From: Acaryochloris thomasi RCC1774 | Lineage (GTDB): Bacteria; Cyanobacteriota; Cyanobacteriia; Thermosynechococcales; Thermosynechococcaceae | Direction: 5' to 3' | Length of the DNA stretch: 32,000 nucleotides | NCBI RefSeq assembly: GCF_003231495.1 | Contig: NZ_PQWO01000012.1 | Coordinates: 30,001-62,000, forward strand | Shown here: positions 8,080 through 17,082 of the stretch, piece after piece | Layout: each line of letters opens with the position of its first letter | Position numbering within the stretch: position 1 is the stretch's first letter | Program-made: the position numbers and the translations under genes | Notes under the pieces: model-generated | The model's input: only the letters and a program-made list of their open reading frames with translations | Told to the model about the DNA's origin: nothing | Database searches by the model: none

Positions 8080-10503
8080 TTAGATAGCATTTGAAAACAC
8101 AGGAGTCTTACGATTTTTGTATCGCTGTTGATACTCCTCCAGCGTAAATGAATCAACTTGGATCATATCGGTGCGTAGTGTTTCTGCTTCTTGAATCAGG
8201 GCGGCATCCGTCTCACTAATGAGACCTGCCTCTAAGGCTGCATTGATCAGTTGAGCCGGTTTCGCTTTGGGCAGCTTCCCTAACTTGATTGCACTTTTAA
8301 CAGCTTTCGCAACAGGTTCCGCCTGAACCGATAAGCGCAGTGCTTGCTCCAGCCGCCCCAATGGTTCCTCAGGATGGTTGGGGATGTGAATATTGGCAGT
8401 GAGGCGATCGCGTCCCTCTCCCGGCGTTTGCAAGATCTGAGCCACCTGATGCCCCAACTGATCCGACGGCAATGTCCCTATCGGATTCAATTGCCACCAG
8501 CTCAGCACTAAGCCACCCAACAGCAGCGATAGATTACTGACAATTCCTTCAACCGCCTCCTGGATTTGAGCCAAGGCATACTGCATCGACCAGTGGACTA
8601 ACGGTAAATCCTCTACCTGGCGTCCCTCCGCTTCAAACCGCCGCAGTGTCGCTGACCCCAGATACATCCAAGAGAGTATATCGGCAAAGCGCCCCGTCAA
8701 CGTTTCCCGCCGCTTCAGGGAACCGCCTAACGAAAGCATGGCTAGATCGCTGAGATTGGCAAACGTCGCTGAAGCCCAAGCCAGCTTGCGATAGTAAATC
8801 GCAGTTTCATCTTGAACCGGAGAATGCACCAACCGCCCCTGAGTCAGACTTAGCAATCCAGCTCGAATCCCGCTGCGAATCATCAGACCCAGGTGGGACC
8901 AAAAGGCCTGATCAAAGGCGGCCACGTCCGATCGCTCCAGTGCCGAAATCTCCTCGTAGATATAGGGATGGCTGCGAATGGCTCCCTGACCGAAAATCAT
9001 TAGCGATCGCGTCAATATATTCGCCCCCTCTACCGTGATTGCAATGGGCATCGCTGTATAAATATTCGCCAGCAGATTCCGAGGACCGCGACAGATACCC
9101 GAGCCGCCCAAGATATCCATGCCGTCGATGACGACTGTTCGAGCGAGGTCAGTGGTTTGAGACTTTGCGATCGCACTGACAACCGCAGGTTGCTCCCCTT
9201 GATCCACCGCGCCACAGGTATACAATCTTGCGGCGTCAACAATATACGTTAATCCCCCAATGCGAGCGAGCGGTTCTTCAACCCCTTCAAAGCGACCGAT
9301 GGATAGCCCAAACTGTTTACGCACAACAGCATGAGCACCAGCAATCCGAGCGACCAGTTTTGTCACACCCGTACAGGTAGCCGGGAAGCTAATCCCCCGA
9401 CCCGCCGCTAGGGACTGCATCAACATCTTCCAGCCTTGACCGGCTTGCTCAACGCCACCGATGATTTGCTCAACAGGGATGATCACGTCATGACCTTCTA
9501 GGGGCGAGTTGTAGAACGGGACGCCCATTGGATCGTGGCGACGATTTTGAATGACGCCCGGTGTTTCTGTAGAAATCAAGGCGCAGGTGATGCCGGGGTG
9601 TTTACCTTTGCCGAGGAGATTATCAGGATCGTGGAGCTGGAAGGCCAAGCCTAGGAGAGTTGCGATCGCACCTAAAGTTATATACCGCTTCTGCCAGTTC
9701 AAACGGATATAAAGCTGGTCATCTTCGCCCTTAAATACCACACCACTAGAGGTAATGCTGGCAGCATCTGATCCGGCTTGGGGTTCCGTCAGGGCAAAGC
9801 AGGGGACCTCTTCTCCAGATGCTAAGCGGGGTAAATAGTTATCTTTCTGTTCTTCAGTCCCGTAGCGCAGCAGTAGCTTAGCAGGCCCCAATGAATTAGT
9901 AACGCCCACTGTGGCGACATGGGTGAAGGAGCGCGAGGCAAGTTTTGCCATCACAGCGCTGTAAGCCAGATTAGAGAAGCCAAGACCGCCATGTTTTTCG
10001 GGAATCATCATGCCAAAGAAACGTTCTTGCTTAAGGTATTCCCAAACTTCGGGAGGGAGATCCTGGCGCTGGTAGATTTCCCAATCACTTGCCATGCGGC
10101 AGACCTGCTCAACGGGACCGTCTAAGAAGGCTTGGATCTCTGGCGTGAGTTGTGGATAGGGTTCACTGAGAATACGCTGGAAGTCAGGCTTGCCCGTAAA
10201 GAACTCACCATCAACCCAAACATTTCCGGCTTCAATAGCCGCTCGTTCCGTCTCTGAAATCTTAGGAAAAAGCTTCCAGTCATGGATCAATTTCATAATG
10301 GGAGATGTAACCAGCCTGCAACGGAGCAGTGGAATATTCATCACCATTACTAAAGTCACGAAGACAGTCCAAAGCCAGACCGGCGCGTTGAGTGCGCCTA
10401 AAACAGCAGCACCATAAAGTGCCCAGATCCAGAGGGGAACGCCGATATACCCAAGCAAAATGAATGCTACAAGCAAGGTCGAAAAAGTGATCAGGAGCAT
10501 CAT
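8080..10503 (-). CDS. fadE: FadE-type long acyl-CoA dehydrogenase (about 807 aa, N-terminal membrane anchor)
   Basis: Strong colinear resemblance to E. coli FadE as I recall it: a hydrophobic N-terminus, then SETERAAIEAGNVWVDGEFFTGKPDF..., LTPEIQAFLDGPVEQVCRMASDWEI, LPPEVWEYLKQERFFGMMIPEKHGGLGFS. The ORF track starts at a TTG (10545). I prefer the ATG at 10503, which has AGGAGA 7 nt upstream. Confidence 0.9.
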   Translation of the reverse strand: MMLLITFSTLLVAFILLGYIGVPLWIWALYGAAVLGALNAPVWLWTVFVTLVMVMNIPLLRCRLVTSPIMKLIHDWKLFPKISETERAAIEAGNVWVDGEFFTGKPDFQRILSEPYPQLTPEIQAFLDGPVEQVCRMASDWEIYQRQDLPPEVWEYLKQERFFGMMIPEKHGGLGFSNLAYSAVMAKLASRSFTHVATVGVTNSLGPAKLLLRYGTEEQKDNYLPRLASGEEVPCFALTEPQAGSDAASITSSGVVFKGEDDQLYIRLNWQKRYITLGAIATLLGLAFQLHDPDNLLGKGKHPGITCALISTETPGVIQNRRHDPMGVPFYNSPLEGHDVIIPVEQIIGGVEQAGQGWKMLMQSLAAGRGISFPATCTGVTKLVARIAGAHAVVRKQFGLSIGRFEGVEEPLARIGGLTYIVDAARLYTCGAVDQGEQPAVVSAIAKSQTTDLARTVVIDGMDILGGSGICRGPRNLLANIYTAMPIAITVEGANILTRSLMIFGQGAIRSHPYIYEEISALERSDVAAFDQAFWSHLGLMIRSGIRAGLLSLTQGRLVHSPVQDETAIYYRKLAWASATFANLSDLAMLSLGGSLKRRETLTGRFADILSWMYLGSATLRRFEAEGRQVEDLPLVHWSMQYALAQIQEAVEGIVSNLSLLLGGLVLSWWQLNPIGTLPSDQLGHQVAQILQTPGEGRDRLTANIHIPNHPEEPLGRLEQALRLSVQAEPVAKAVKSAIKLGKLPKAKPAQLINAALEAGLISETDAALIQEAETLRTDMIQVDSFTLEEYQQRYKNRKTPVFSNAI

Positions 10504-10567
10504 GAGGAGGTCTCCTAAAGTAATTGACTGAGGAAATAGAAACAACGAAAAAGGTCGAGGGAAAACG

Positions 10568-11749
10568 CTAAAGCATCAAGTTCTCAAATACTCCTGCAGC
10601 ACCCATGCCGCCACCAACGCACATGGTCACGAGACCATAGCGAATGCCGCGCCGCTTCATTTCATGCAGTAACGTCGCGGTCAACTTCGCCCCCGTACAC
10701 CCCAACGGATGTCCAAGTGCGATCACACCTCCATTGACGTTCACAAGCTTTTCGTCCAGCCCCAACTTACGAATCACCGCCAGGGACTGCGAAGCAAAGG
10801 CTTCATTGAGTTCAATCAGACCTATATCGCTGAGCGATAGACCCACTTGCTTCAGAACTTTAGGTACTGCCTCCACCGGGCCAATTCCCATCATTTCGGG
10901 TGCAACGCCAGCAACGGCAAAGCCAATTAGCTGTCCCATCGGTTGAATACCCAGCTCCTGCACGATGCGTTCACTCATAACCACTGTGGCTGCAGCTCCA
11001 TCTGACATTTGGGAAGAGGTTCCTGCTGTCACTGTGCCATCGACCTTGAAAACAGGCTTGAGTTGGGCTAGGGCTTCTAAGCTAGTGTCAGCTCGTGGAC
11101 CTTCGTCAATCTCGAATAGTGTTTCTGTTGACTGGGTTTCGCCATTTTTATACAACGTTGTTTGTACAAGGAAGGGAACGATTTCATCCTTGAACCGGCC
11201 CTTTCGAATTGCAGCTAGAGCTTTTTGATGCGATCGCAACCCGAAGGCATCCTGATCCGCCCGCGAAATACTAAACGCCTCGGCAACATTCTCCGCCGTA
11301 ATCCCCATCGAGAGATAAGCTTCCGGGGCCTCAGATAGCAGTTCTGGATTGGGCGCTAAATCATGCCCCCCCATCGGAATCAGGCTCATGGACTCGGCCC
11401 CCCCAGCAACCATTACATCCGCATGTCCCGCGCTGATGGCCTGTGTTGCCATTGCGATTGTTTGCAAGCCAGATGAACAAAAACGGTTGACCGTACACCC
11501 AGCCACTGAGTGAGGAAGTCCAGCCCGCATTGCGATCACGCGACCCAAGTTGAATCCCTGTTCCGCCTCTGGGAAGGCACAACCAAAGATCAGATCATCA
11601 ATGCGATCGTGCTCTAGCTGAGGAACCCGTTGGAGTGCCCCTTTCACCACAGCCGCTCCCAGATCGTCCGGGCGACTATTTCGTAGCGTACCGCGAGGAG
11701 CTTTGCCGACGGCAGTACGGACGCTGCTGATAATATATGCGTTATTCAT
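10568..11749 (-). CDS. fadA: Acetyl-CoA C-acyltransferase (3-ketoacyl-CoA thiolase)
   Basis: 393 aa. Thiolase active-site blocks are present: NRFCSSGLQ (nucleophilic Cys), [35 protein letters not shown] start with GGGGA 6 nt upstream. Confidence 0.9.
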   Translation of the reverse strand: MNNAYIISSVRTAVGKAPRGTLRNSRPDDLGAAVVKGALQRVPQLEHDRIDDLIFGCAFPEAEQGFNLGRVIAMRAGLPHSVAGCTVNRFCSSGLQTIAMATQAISAGHADVMVAGGAESMSLIPMGGHDLAPNPELLSEAPEAYLSMGITAENVAEAFSISRADQDAFGLRSHQKALAAIRKGRFKDEIVPFLVQTTLYKNGETQSTETLFEIDEGPRADTSLEALAQLKPVFKVDGTVTAGTSSQMSDGAAATVVMSERIVQELGIQPMGQLIGFAVAGVAPEMMGIGPVEAVPKVLKQVGLSLSDIGLIELNEAFASQSLAVIRKLGLDEKLVNVNGGVIALGHPLGCTGAKLTATLLHEMKRRGIRYGLVTMCVGGGMGAAGVFENLML

Positions 11750-11793
11750 AATCGTCCCCTTGTCCAGTCATCATCTATATACGAGGTAGAAAA

Positions 11794-11830
11794 GGTGAGG
11801 AAGATGCAGAGGAGAGTTATCTCCCTCACC
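11794..11830 (-). other. Intercistronic mRNA stem-loop between the fadN-type gene and fadA
   Basis: On the transcribed (minus) strand: GGUGAGGGAGA - 15-nt loop - UCUUCCUCACC. This gives an 11-bp stem including one G-U pair. It sits in the 84-nt gap and could be a processing or stability element. Confidence 0.35.
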
Positions 11831-11833
11831 CGA

Positions 11834-14245
11834 CTAATTCCTCAGTGGCTTCTTCGTTCTCAACGTATGCATGATTCGCTCTTGCGTTTTCTTCTGACCA
11901 AATAAAGGCAAGAACATCTCCCGTTCTAAACCCAACAGATAGTCATCTGATACCATCGATGGTGCAGACAGGTCTCCCCCCGTAATTACATAGGCCAAAC
12001 GGTTCGCAAGGAAGCGATCGTATTCAGAGATGTAGCCCCCCTTTTGCATCAGATACGCTGCCGTCTCAAACAAAGCGCGGGCCGGTTTTCCCAGTACCTT
12101 GATTGCATTCCGCTTCGGCGGCGGCGCATAACCTTCATGGTCAAGGCGCAAGACTTCTTCCTTCGCGACATAAAGACGACGGTCGCTATTCATCACAATC
12201 TCTGCAGTTGGGGGCAGATATCCCCACTCCTGGGCTTCATAGGCACTGCCCGAGACCTTGGCTGTGCCGATAGTCTCAAAGGCTCGCTTCAAGAACGGCT
12301 GAATATCGCTGGGGTCATCCGTGGCCGCATGTTCCGCTGCCCAGGTTGCCATCGTCATAATGCCCCCAGCACCCGGAACTAGGCCGACGCTCAGCTCAAC
12401 CAAGCCAATGTAGGTTTCAGCAGCAGCTACGACATGAGGGCAGGCCATTACAAGTTCACAGCCACCGCCCAGAACACGCCCGCGAATGGCTGCCACAATG
12501 GGTTGTGGGAAGTAATGAAGCCGCAGCATCAGGGCTTGGAAGCGATCTAAGAGCTTTGCGATCGCACCATGCTCACAGTCGGCAAACACATTGACCCGAT
12601 CTTGATGTGAGAACTTCACCATATCGGCGAGGTTGGCCCCAGCCGAGAAATGCTCACCGTCGTTGCCAATCACCAGACCGCAATAATCGCCCTCTTCAAT
12701 CAGATCGAGTGCTTCAGAGAACCCATCAACGACCACCCGGCTGAGAGTATTCCCCTTTGAGCGAAACTCAAACAAGACCACACCATCGCCTATATCCAGC
12801 AGAGCGGCCTCGGAATTTTGCCACAGCGTTCGAGTAGGGTCGACCTTGAAGGGGGCCAAGGTGAATTCGTCGCGTGGCGTTTCTATTGGTCCATAGCCGC
12901 GCTGAGGTTGATACACAAAGTGGAGAGGATGGGGGGATTGGGTGAGATCCTCTTCCTCGCGGCCAATCTCTTGATAGAAGCTATGGGCACCGGCCCACTG
13001 CATCTGCTCAACCCAGCTCGGGACGGCAATGCCCGATGCCTGCATATCCTTGATGACAGTTTCAAACCCCAACACATCCCACATCTCAAAGGGACCGAGC
13101 CGCCAGCCAAATCCCCATCGCATGGCGCGATCAATCTCACTAGGGCTGTCAGCAATTTCAGGAATGCGGTGAGCGCTGTAGCTAAGAATCTTTAGGGTTG
13201 TTTGCCTGAAGAAAGTTCCTGCTCGCCCTGTGTCTTTGTAGAGAGCCTGGAGGCGTTCCGGTAGAGATTTGATTTTTGCGATCGCATCCAAGCCCCCCAG
13301 ATCTATGGGCCGAGCTTTTCGGTAGTTAAAGGTCTGAATATCCAGCGACAAGATTTTGCCGCCTACTTTTTTATAAAACCCCTCACCCGTTTTGGCCCCC
13401 AGATAACTGGCTTCCACCATTTGCCTCAAAGTCTGAGGCACTAAAAACACATCGCGGCTTTCATCGTCAGGAATCATCGGATACAGATTCTCGGCGACGT
13501 AGGTCAACGTATCGAGACCCACTAAATCTGCTGTCCGCAAAGTTGCTGACTTAGGACGGCCTACGAGTGTGCCGGTGAGAATATCAATTTCTTCGATGGT
13601 GTATCCCTGATCAGTCAGTGCTCGAATTCCCAGCAGACTCACAAACAGGCCAATCCGATTGCCAATAAAGTTGGGGGTATCTTTAGCAATCACCACCCCT
13701 TTGCCCAAATGGAGGCGACCAAACCACTCCAGCCGCTTCACAATCTCTGGATCAGTTGTAGATGTAGGAATCAGCTCTAGCAGCTTTAGATAACGTGGCG
13801 GATTGAAGAAATGCGTCCCCAAAAAGCGCTGCTGAAAGGATTTTGAACGCCCCTCAGCAATGGCGTGAATGGGTAAACCACTGGTGTTAGTAGACACCAC
13901 CGCGTCCTCACGGATGAAACCATCAAGGCGGGCCATGAGCTGTTGCTTAACGTCTAGCTTTTCAATCACTGCTTCAACCACCCAGTCCACGCTGGCGAGT
14001 CGATGCCAGTCTTCTTCAAAATTCCCGAGAATGACGCGACGAGATGTTTTTTCTGTAAAGAAAATCGGCGGCTTTTGCTTGAGCCCTTTTTTGAAGGCAG
14101 CTTCCACAAGGGCATTTTTGCGATCGCCAGCAGCAGGTAAATCCAGCAAGTAAACAATCAGACCTGCGTTGGCAAGATGGGCGGCAATCTGGGTGCCCAT
14201 GACACCTGCGCCCAGAACTGCGGCGGTGCGGAACGGTTTAAACAT
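11834..14245 (-). CDS. Bifunctional 3-hydroxyacyl-CoA dehydrogenase / enoyl-CoA hydratase (FadN-type domain order)
   Basis: 803 aa. N-terminal Rossmann motif AVLGAGVMGTQIAAHLANAG with the 3HCDH core (GTHFFNPPRYLKLLELI). C-terminal crotonase-fold region (GEHFSAGANLADM, GRVLGGGCELVMACPH). The dehydrogenase-first order resembles B. subtilis FadN, not E. coli FadB. ATG start with AGAGG upstream. Confidence 0.9.
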   Translation of the reverse strand: MFKPFRTAAVLGAGVMGTQIAAHLANAGLIVYLLDLPAAGDRKNALVEAAFKKGLKQKPPIFFTEKTSRRVILGNFEEDWHRLASVDWVVEAVIEKLDVKQQLMARLDGFIREDAVVSTNTSGLPIHAIAEGRSKSFQQRFLGTHFFNPPRYLKLLELIPTSTTDPEIVKRLEWFGRLHLGKGVVIAKDTPNFIGNRIGLFVSLLGIRALTDQGYTIEEIDILTGTLVGRPKSATLRTADLVGLDTLTYVAENLYPMIPDDESRDVFLVPQTLRQMVEASYLGAKTGEGFYKKVGGKILSLDIQTFNYRKARPIDLGGLDAIAKIKSLPERLQALYKDTGRAGTFFRQTTLKILSYSAHRIPEIADSPSEIDRAMRWGFGWRLGPFEMWDVLGFETVIKDMQASGIAVPSWVEQMQWAGAHSFYQEIGREEEDLTQSPHPLHFVYQPQRGYGPIETPRDEFTLAPFKVDPTRTLWQNSEAALLDIGDGVVLFEFRSKGNTLSRVVVDGFSEALDLIEEGDYCGLVIGNDGEHFSAGANLADMVKFSHQDRVNVFADCEHGAIAKLLDRFQALMLRLHYFPQPIVAAIRGRVLGGGCELVMACPHVVAAAETYIGLVELSVGLVPGAGGIMTMATWAAEHAATDDPSDIQPFLKRAFETIGTAKVSGSAYEAQEWGYLPPTAEIVMNSDRRLYVAKEEVLRLDHEGYAPPPKRNAIKVLGKPARALFETAAYLMQKGGYISEYDRFLANRLAYVITGGDLSAPSMVSDDYLLGLEREMFLPLFGQKKTQERIMHTLRTKKPLRN

Positions 14246-14289
14246 GACTTCAAACCTCTTTCTTATAAATAGTTGGAAATAAAACGCTT

Positions 14290-16335
14290 CTAGGAGGTTT
14301 CCAGCGTAAGCGTCGGGGATAGGGAATCGGCTGGCAAAGCTGGCTCGGGCTTCACCACCACCTGAGGAGCCGTAGCATACATCGCCTCAATGTCTGCCGC
14401 GAAAGCGGCACAGAAAGCCTCTCGATTGATTTGCCGTGTAGACGTCAGCAAGCCATTGGCGACGGTGAGGGAAGCATTGATCAATCGAAATTTTTTTGCC
14501 GTTGACCATGACGGCAGCGTTTGATTTGCCGCGTCAACCAAGGTCTGATACTCGGCAATCACCTGAGGATGTTCTAACAACGCCTCAAGATGAAGCCAAA
14601 GGCCAAGCTCTCGAGCCAATTTATGAATCTTACCCAGCCTCGGAAAGATCAGTAAGGCGCAGTAGGGCCGCTGATTACCAACGGCAACGGCTCGCTCAAC
14701 CAGTGGTGACTGCATCAAGTGCCGCTCAATCCATTCAGGAGCGACATATTTGCCGATGGACAGCTTAAATAGGCTTTTCTTGTGGCCGGTAATTTTTAAA
14801 AAGCCTTCGTCCGTCAATTCTCCGTAGTCGCCGGTATGGAACCAGCCGTTGGGCTCAATGGCATTCTGGGTTTCCACTGGATTTTTGTAGTAGCCCTTCA
14901 TGGTGTAGGGCGAGCGGGCCAAAATTTCGCCATCAGATGCGATCTCAACTTCAACCCCCGCAATCGGAACCCCCACAGTCCCGACCTGATTCAACGCCCC
15001 CCGATTGACGCAAAGAACTGCACTGGTCTGAGTGAGACCGTAGCCCTGCAACACCGGAATCCCCGCAGCAGAGAAGACCGTGGCTAACTCTGCTTTGAGT
15101 GCAGCTCCCCCACAGAGCAAATACTTCAAACGGCCGCCAAACCCCTCTCGCCACTGGCGATAGACCAACTGATCCGCCAGCTTCCGCTTCAGAGAGTACA
15201 GCCAGCCGGACTGCTGTCCTAGCTCATAGCGCTGCGCTAAATCAATAGCCCACTCGAGAATCACCTGCTTAAAACGAGGCATTTTGCGACCGCGTTCTTG
15301 AATCTTTTGATAAACCTTTTCTAGTAGGCGCGGCACCGTAGATAAAATCGTCGGCTTGACCTCTCGCAGATGCTTGACAATCCGCTGGGGTGTCGTGAAA
15401 TAAACGCTATGGCCGTAGCTAAGATGCCCGTACAGCATCACTCGTGCAAAAACATGAGTCAGTGGCAAAAAAGACAAAACCCTCTCCTCAGGCCCCGTAT
15501 TAAGACCGGGCATAGCGCTAAAGGCCGCTAGAGCATCACCCGCTAAATTTTCATGCGTAAGCATCACGCCCTTGGGCCGTTCACACACGTAGGGCGCACT
15601 GGGCTTCAGCCGCTGCTGCAGTGCTGCTACCATCCGAAAAACGGGCAGCACTTGACTTCTAAAAGCCTGACAGCGACCTGTGGGGCCTGCAACATACACA
15701 ATCGTCGCCACGTCCTGCGGAGCAATCTCAGCCCGCAGAGCCATCCTTGTTTGCTCAGAGAACTGCTCCCTTCCCCATGCCCGGACTGCGGCCAATGGAA
15801 AAAGCTGTATCTCTTCCGGCAGAGATGCCCGTAGAGCCACCAGATGATCACTCGAAACCGAATCATCTAAGCCATCAGCCACGATCATAAATTTGAGATA
15901 GGACAGCTCACACAAGCAGGGAGCCACCTGCTGTAGAACCTCAACACTAGAAACAACCAGAGCCGTTGCTTCACTGTGCTGCAAACTGAACACCATATTT
16001 TCAGGCGTCTCACCCATATAAATCGGGACGTTGACCAAATGGGCCAGCAGACAGCCCATATCCGCAAGACAGAAGTTAACGTCACTGTGCATCAACAGAG
16101 CAATCCGATCGCCCTGCGATAGACCCATCTCCCTCAGCCCCAAAGCCAGCTCTTCGACGGCAGTCCGAAACTCTTCCGTCGAGAGTGCTTGCCACCCCCC
16201 TCGGGTCCAGGTGTTGAACGCTTGAGGATTAGGATTATGTTCACAGGCTTCGTCAATCAAGGAGGGCAATGTGCGCCCCAAATACACCTCACGAGCAGTG
16301 GAAGGTGCACTATCAACCTTTTGCGACGTAAACAT
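14290..16335 (-). CDS. Long-chain fatty-acid-CoA ligase-type adenylate-forming enzyme (FadD/FACS/Aas superfamily) with an interrupted P-loop motif
   Basis: 681 aa. AMP-binding superfamily blocks are present: GWFHTGDYGELTDEGFLKITGHKKSLFKLSIGKYVAPE and QGYGLTQTS. The phosphate-binding motif is split as DVATIVYVAGPTG-[32 aa]-RPKGVMLTHENL (see findings). CoA versus ACP as acceptor cannot be decided from the sequence. Confidence 0.85.
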   Translation of the reverse strand: MFTSQKVDSAPSTAREVYLGRTLPSLIDEACEHNPNPQAFNTWTRGGWQALSTEEFRTAVEELALGLREMGLSQGDRIALLMHSDVNFCLADMGCLLAHLVNVPIYMGETPENMVFSLQHSEATALVVSSVEVLQQVAPCLCELSYLKFMIVADGLDDSVSSDHLVALRASLPEEIQLFPLAAVRAWGREQFSEQTRMALRAEIAPQDVATIVYVAGPTGRCQAFRSQVLPVFRMVAALQQRLKPSAPYVCERPKGVMLTHENLAGDALAAFSAMPGLNTGPEERVLSFLPLTHVFARVMLYGHLSYGHSVYFTTPQRIVKHLREVKPTILSTVPRLLEKVYQKIQERGRKMPRFKQVILEWAIDLAQRYELGQQSGWLYSLKRKLADQLVYRQWREGFGGRLKYLLCGGAALKAELATVFSAAGIPVLQGYGLTQTSAVLCVNRGALNQVGTVGVPIAGVEVEIASDGEILARSPYTMKGYYKNPVETQNAIEPNGWFHTGDYGELTDEGFLKITGHKKSLFKLSIGKYVAPEWIERHLMQSPLVERAVAVGNQRPYCALLIFPRLGKIHKLARELGLWLHLEALLEHPQVIAEYQTLVDAANQTLPSWSTAKKFRLINASLTVANGLLTSTRQINREAFCAAFAADIEAMYATAPQVVVKPEPALPADSLSPTLTLETS

Positions 16336-16603
16336 TACAAGCTAGAGCAGCCTAGCGCTACTCCCTCCGATAAACGACGCTGGCCCTGCCTCACAGAGGA
16401 ACCAATTGCGCTCCATCGATATATTTGCTTCTGAAAAAGCTTCGCCAGTGTGATCGCCGTGTTATTGAATTAACGCTATCTGCGGTGATGTTGAAGCGTA
16501 GCTTGAGTCACGTTGATTTCTATCAATGCAGCACGTGTTTTTCTGACTGCGACCCTAAAGTGCCTGAGCAACATAGCACGATCACTTTTAAGGTATATTT
16601 GAA

Positions 16604-16622
16604 GTATAGCATATATCTATAC
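16604..16622 (+). promoter_or_regulatory. Inverted repeat GTATAG-N7-CTATAC abutting the RHH gene start; candidate operator
   Basis: The perfect 6-bp arms end 2 nt before the ATG at 16625. A further GTATA copy lies about 12 nt upstream. RHH repressors typically bind such repeats in their own promoter. Confidence 0.3.
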
Positions 16623-16624
16623 GC

Positions 16625-16774
16625 ATGCCCCAAAATCAACTGTGCATAAGAATTCCAGAGCACGAGTTAAAAATACTCGATCGGTACGCAAAGAAGGCCA
16701 AGCGAACCAAGACAGATATTGTTCGTGAGTTCATTCGCTCCCTAAAAGAGTCCGACAAAGGCGAGCGTGAGTGA
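16625..16774 (+). CDS. Small ribbon-helix-helix (CopG/Arc/MetJ-like) DNA-binding protein, 49 aa; absent from the supplied ORF track
   Basis: My own translation: MPQNQLCIRIPEHELKILDRYAKKAKRTKTDIVREFIRSLKESDKGERE. It shows a short N-terminal beta-strand (LCIRIP), then helix-turn-helix spacing with RTKTDIVREFI, which is the usual RHH layout. It falls below the 60-aa ORF cut-off. No obvious Shine-Dalgarno sequence. Confidence 0.5.
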   Translation: MPQNQLCIRIPEHELKILDRYAKKAKRTKTDIVREFIRSLKESDKGERE

Positions 16775-17082
16775 TCCACTTGTTAATGGTTAAGTGTTGA
16801 GGTCGTCCGCACAGAGCCATTGGCGTGCTTCTTGACGTCCCACCTCAAGCATTAGTAAATCTCACGGGACTGGTAGAGGTAGGTCAATGGCTACGGTCCC
16901 CCTTTCTGTCAACAGGCCCTTTGTGGGGGGCGGTACCCAATTAGCACTCGTACTATACAAGTGCATTGATTGACATCTCTTATCACAAAATTAAATAATT
17001 TTTAATAATTTGCCGAAATATTCCGTTACATTTCTGGATGGATACGCTAGGCTAAAGGCTCACCAGCAAAAGTAATAGACCT

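Noticed and set aside
5868-8403. A HIP1-free gap coinciding with the AT-rich islet, considered as evidence of foreign origin
   Set aside because: Larger HIP1-free gaps occur over clearly native genes (about 14.13-18.36 kb, and about 21.44-26.60 kb, which includes ccaA). Absence of HIP1 over 2.5 kb is therefore not informative. The foreign-origin argument rests on G+C only.
10504-10545. The 14-codon N-terminal extension of fadE given by the ORF track
   Set aside because: It starts at a TTG. The ATG at 10503 has a well-spaced AGGAGA, and starting there gives an N-terminus that aligns with the hydrophobic start of E. coli FadE.
12044-13195. Antisense and alternative-frame ORFs of 90-125 aa inside the fadN-type gene; similar ones occur inside fadE, fadA, fadD, the antiporter, the ClC and the transketolase
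   Set aside because: They are embedded in strongly supported genes. Their translations are Arg/Ser/Pro-rich, as is typical of off-frame reading of GC-rich coding DNA, and they show no motifs.
16425-16649. A 74-aa ORF in the fadD-upstream intergenic region
   Set aside because: It has no recognisable motifs or Shine-Dalgarno sequence. It runs through the AT-rich promoter/dyad region and overlaps the better-supported RHH gene start in another frame.
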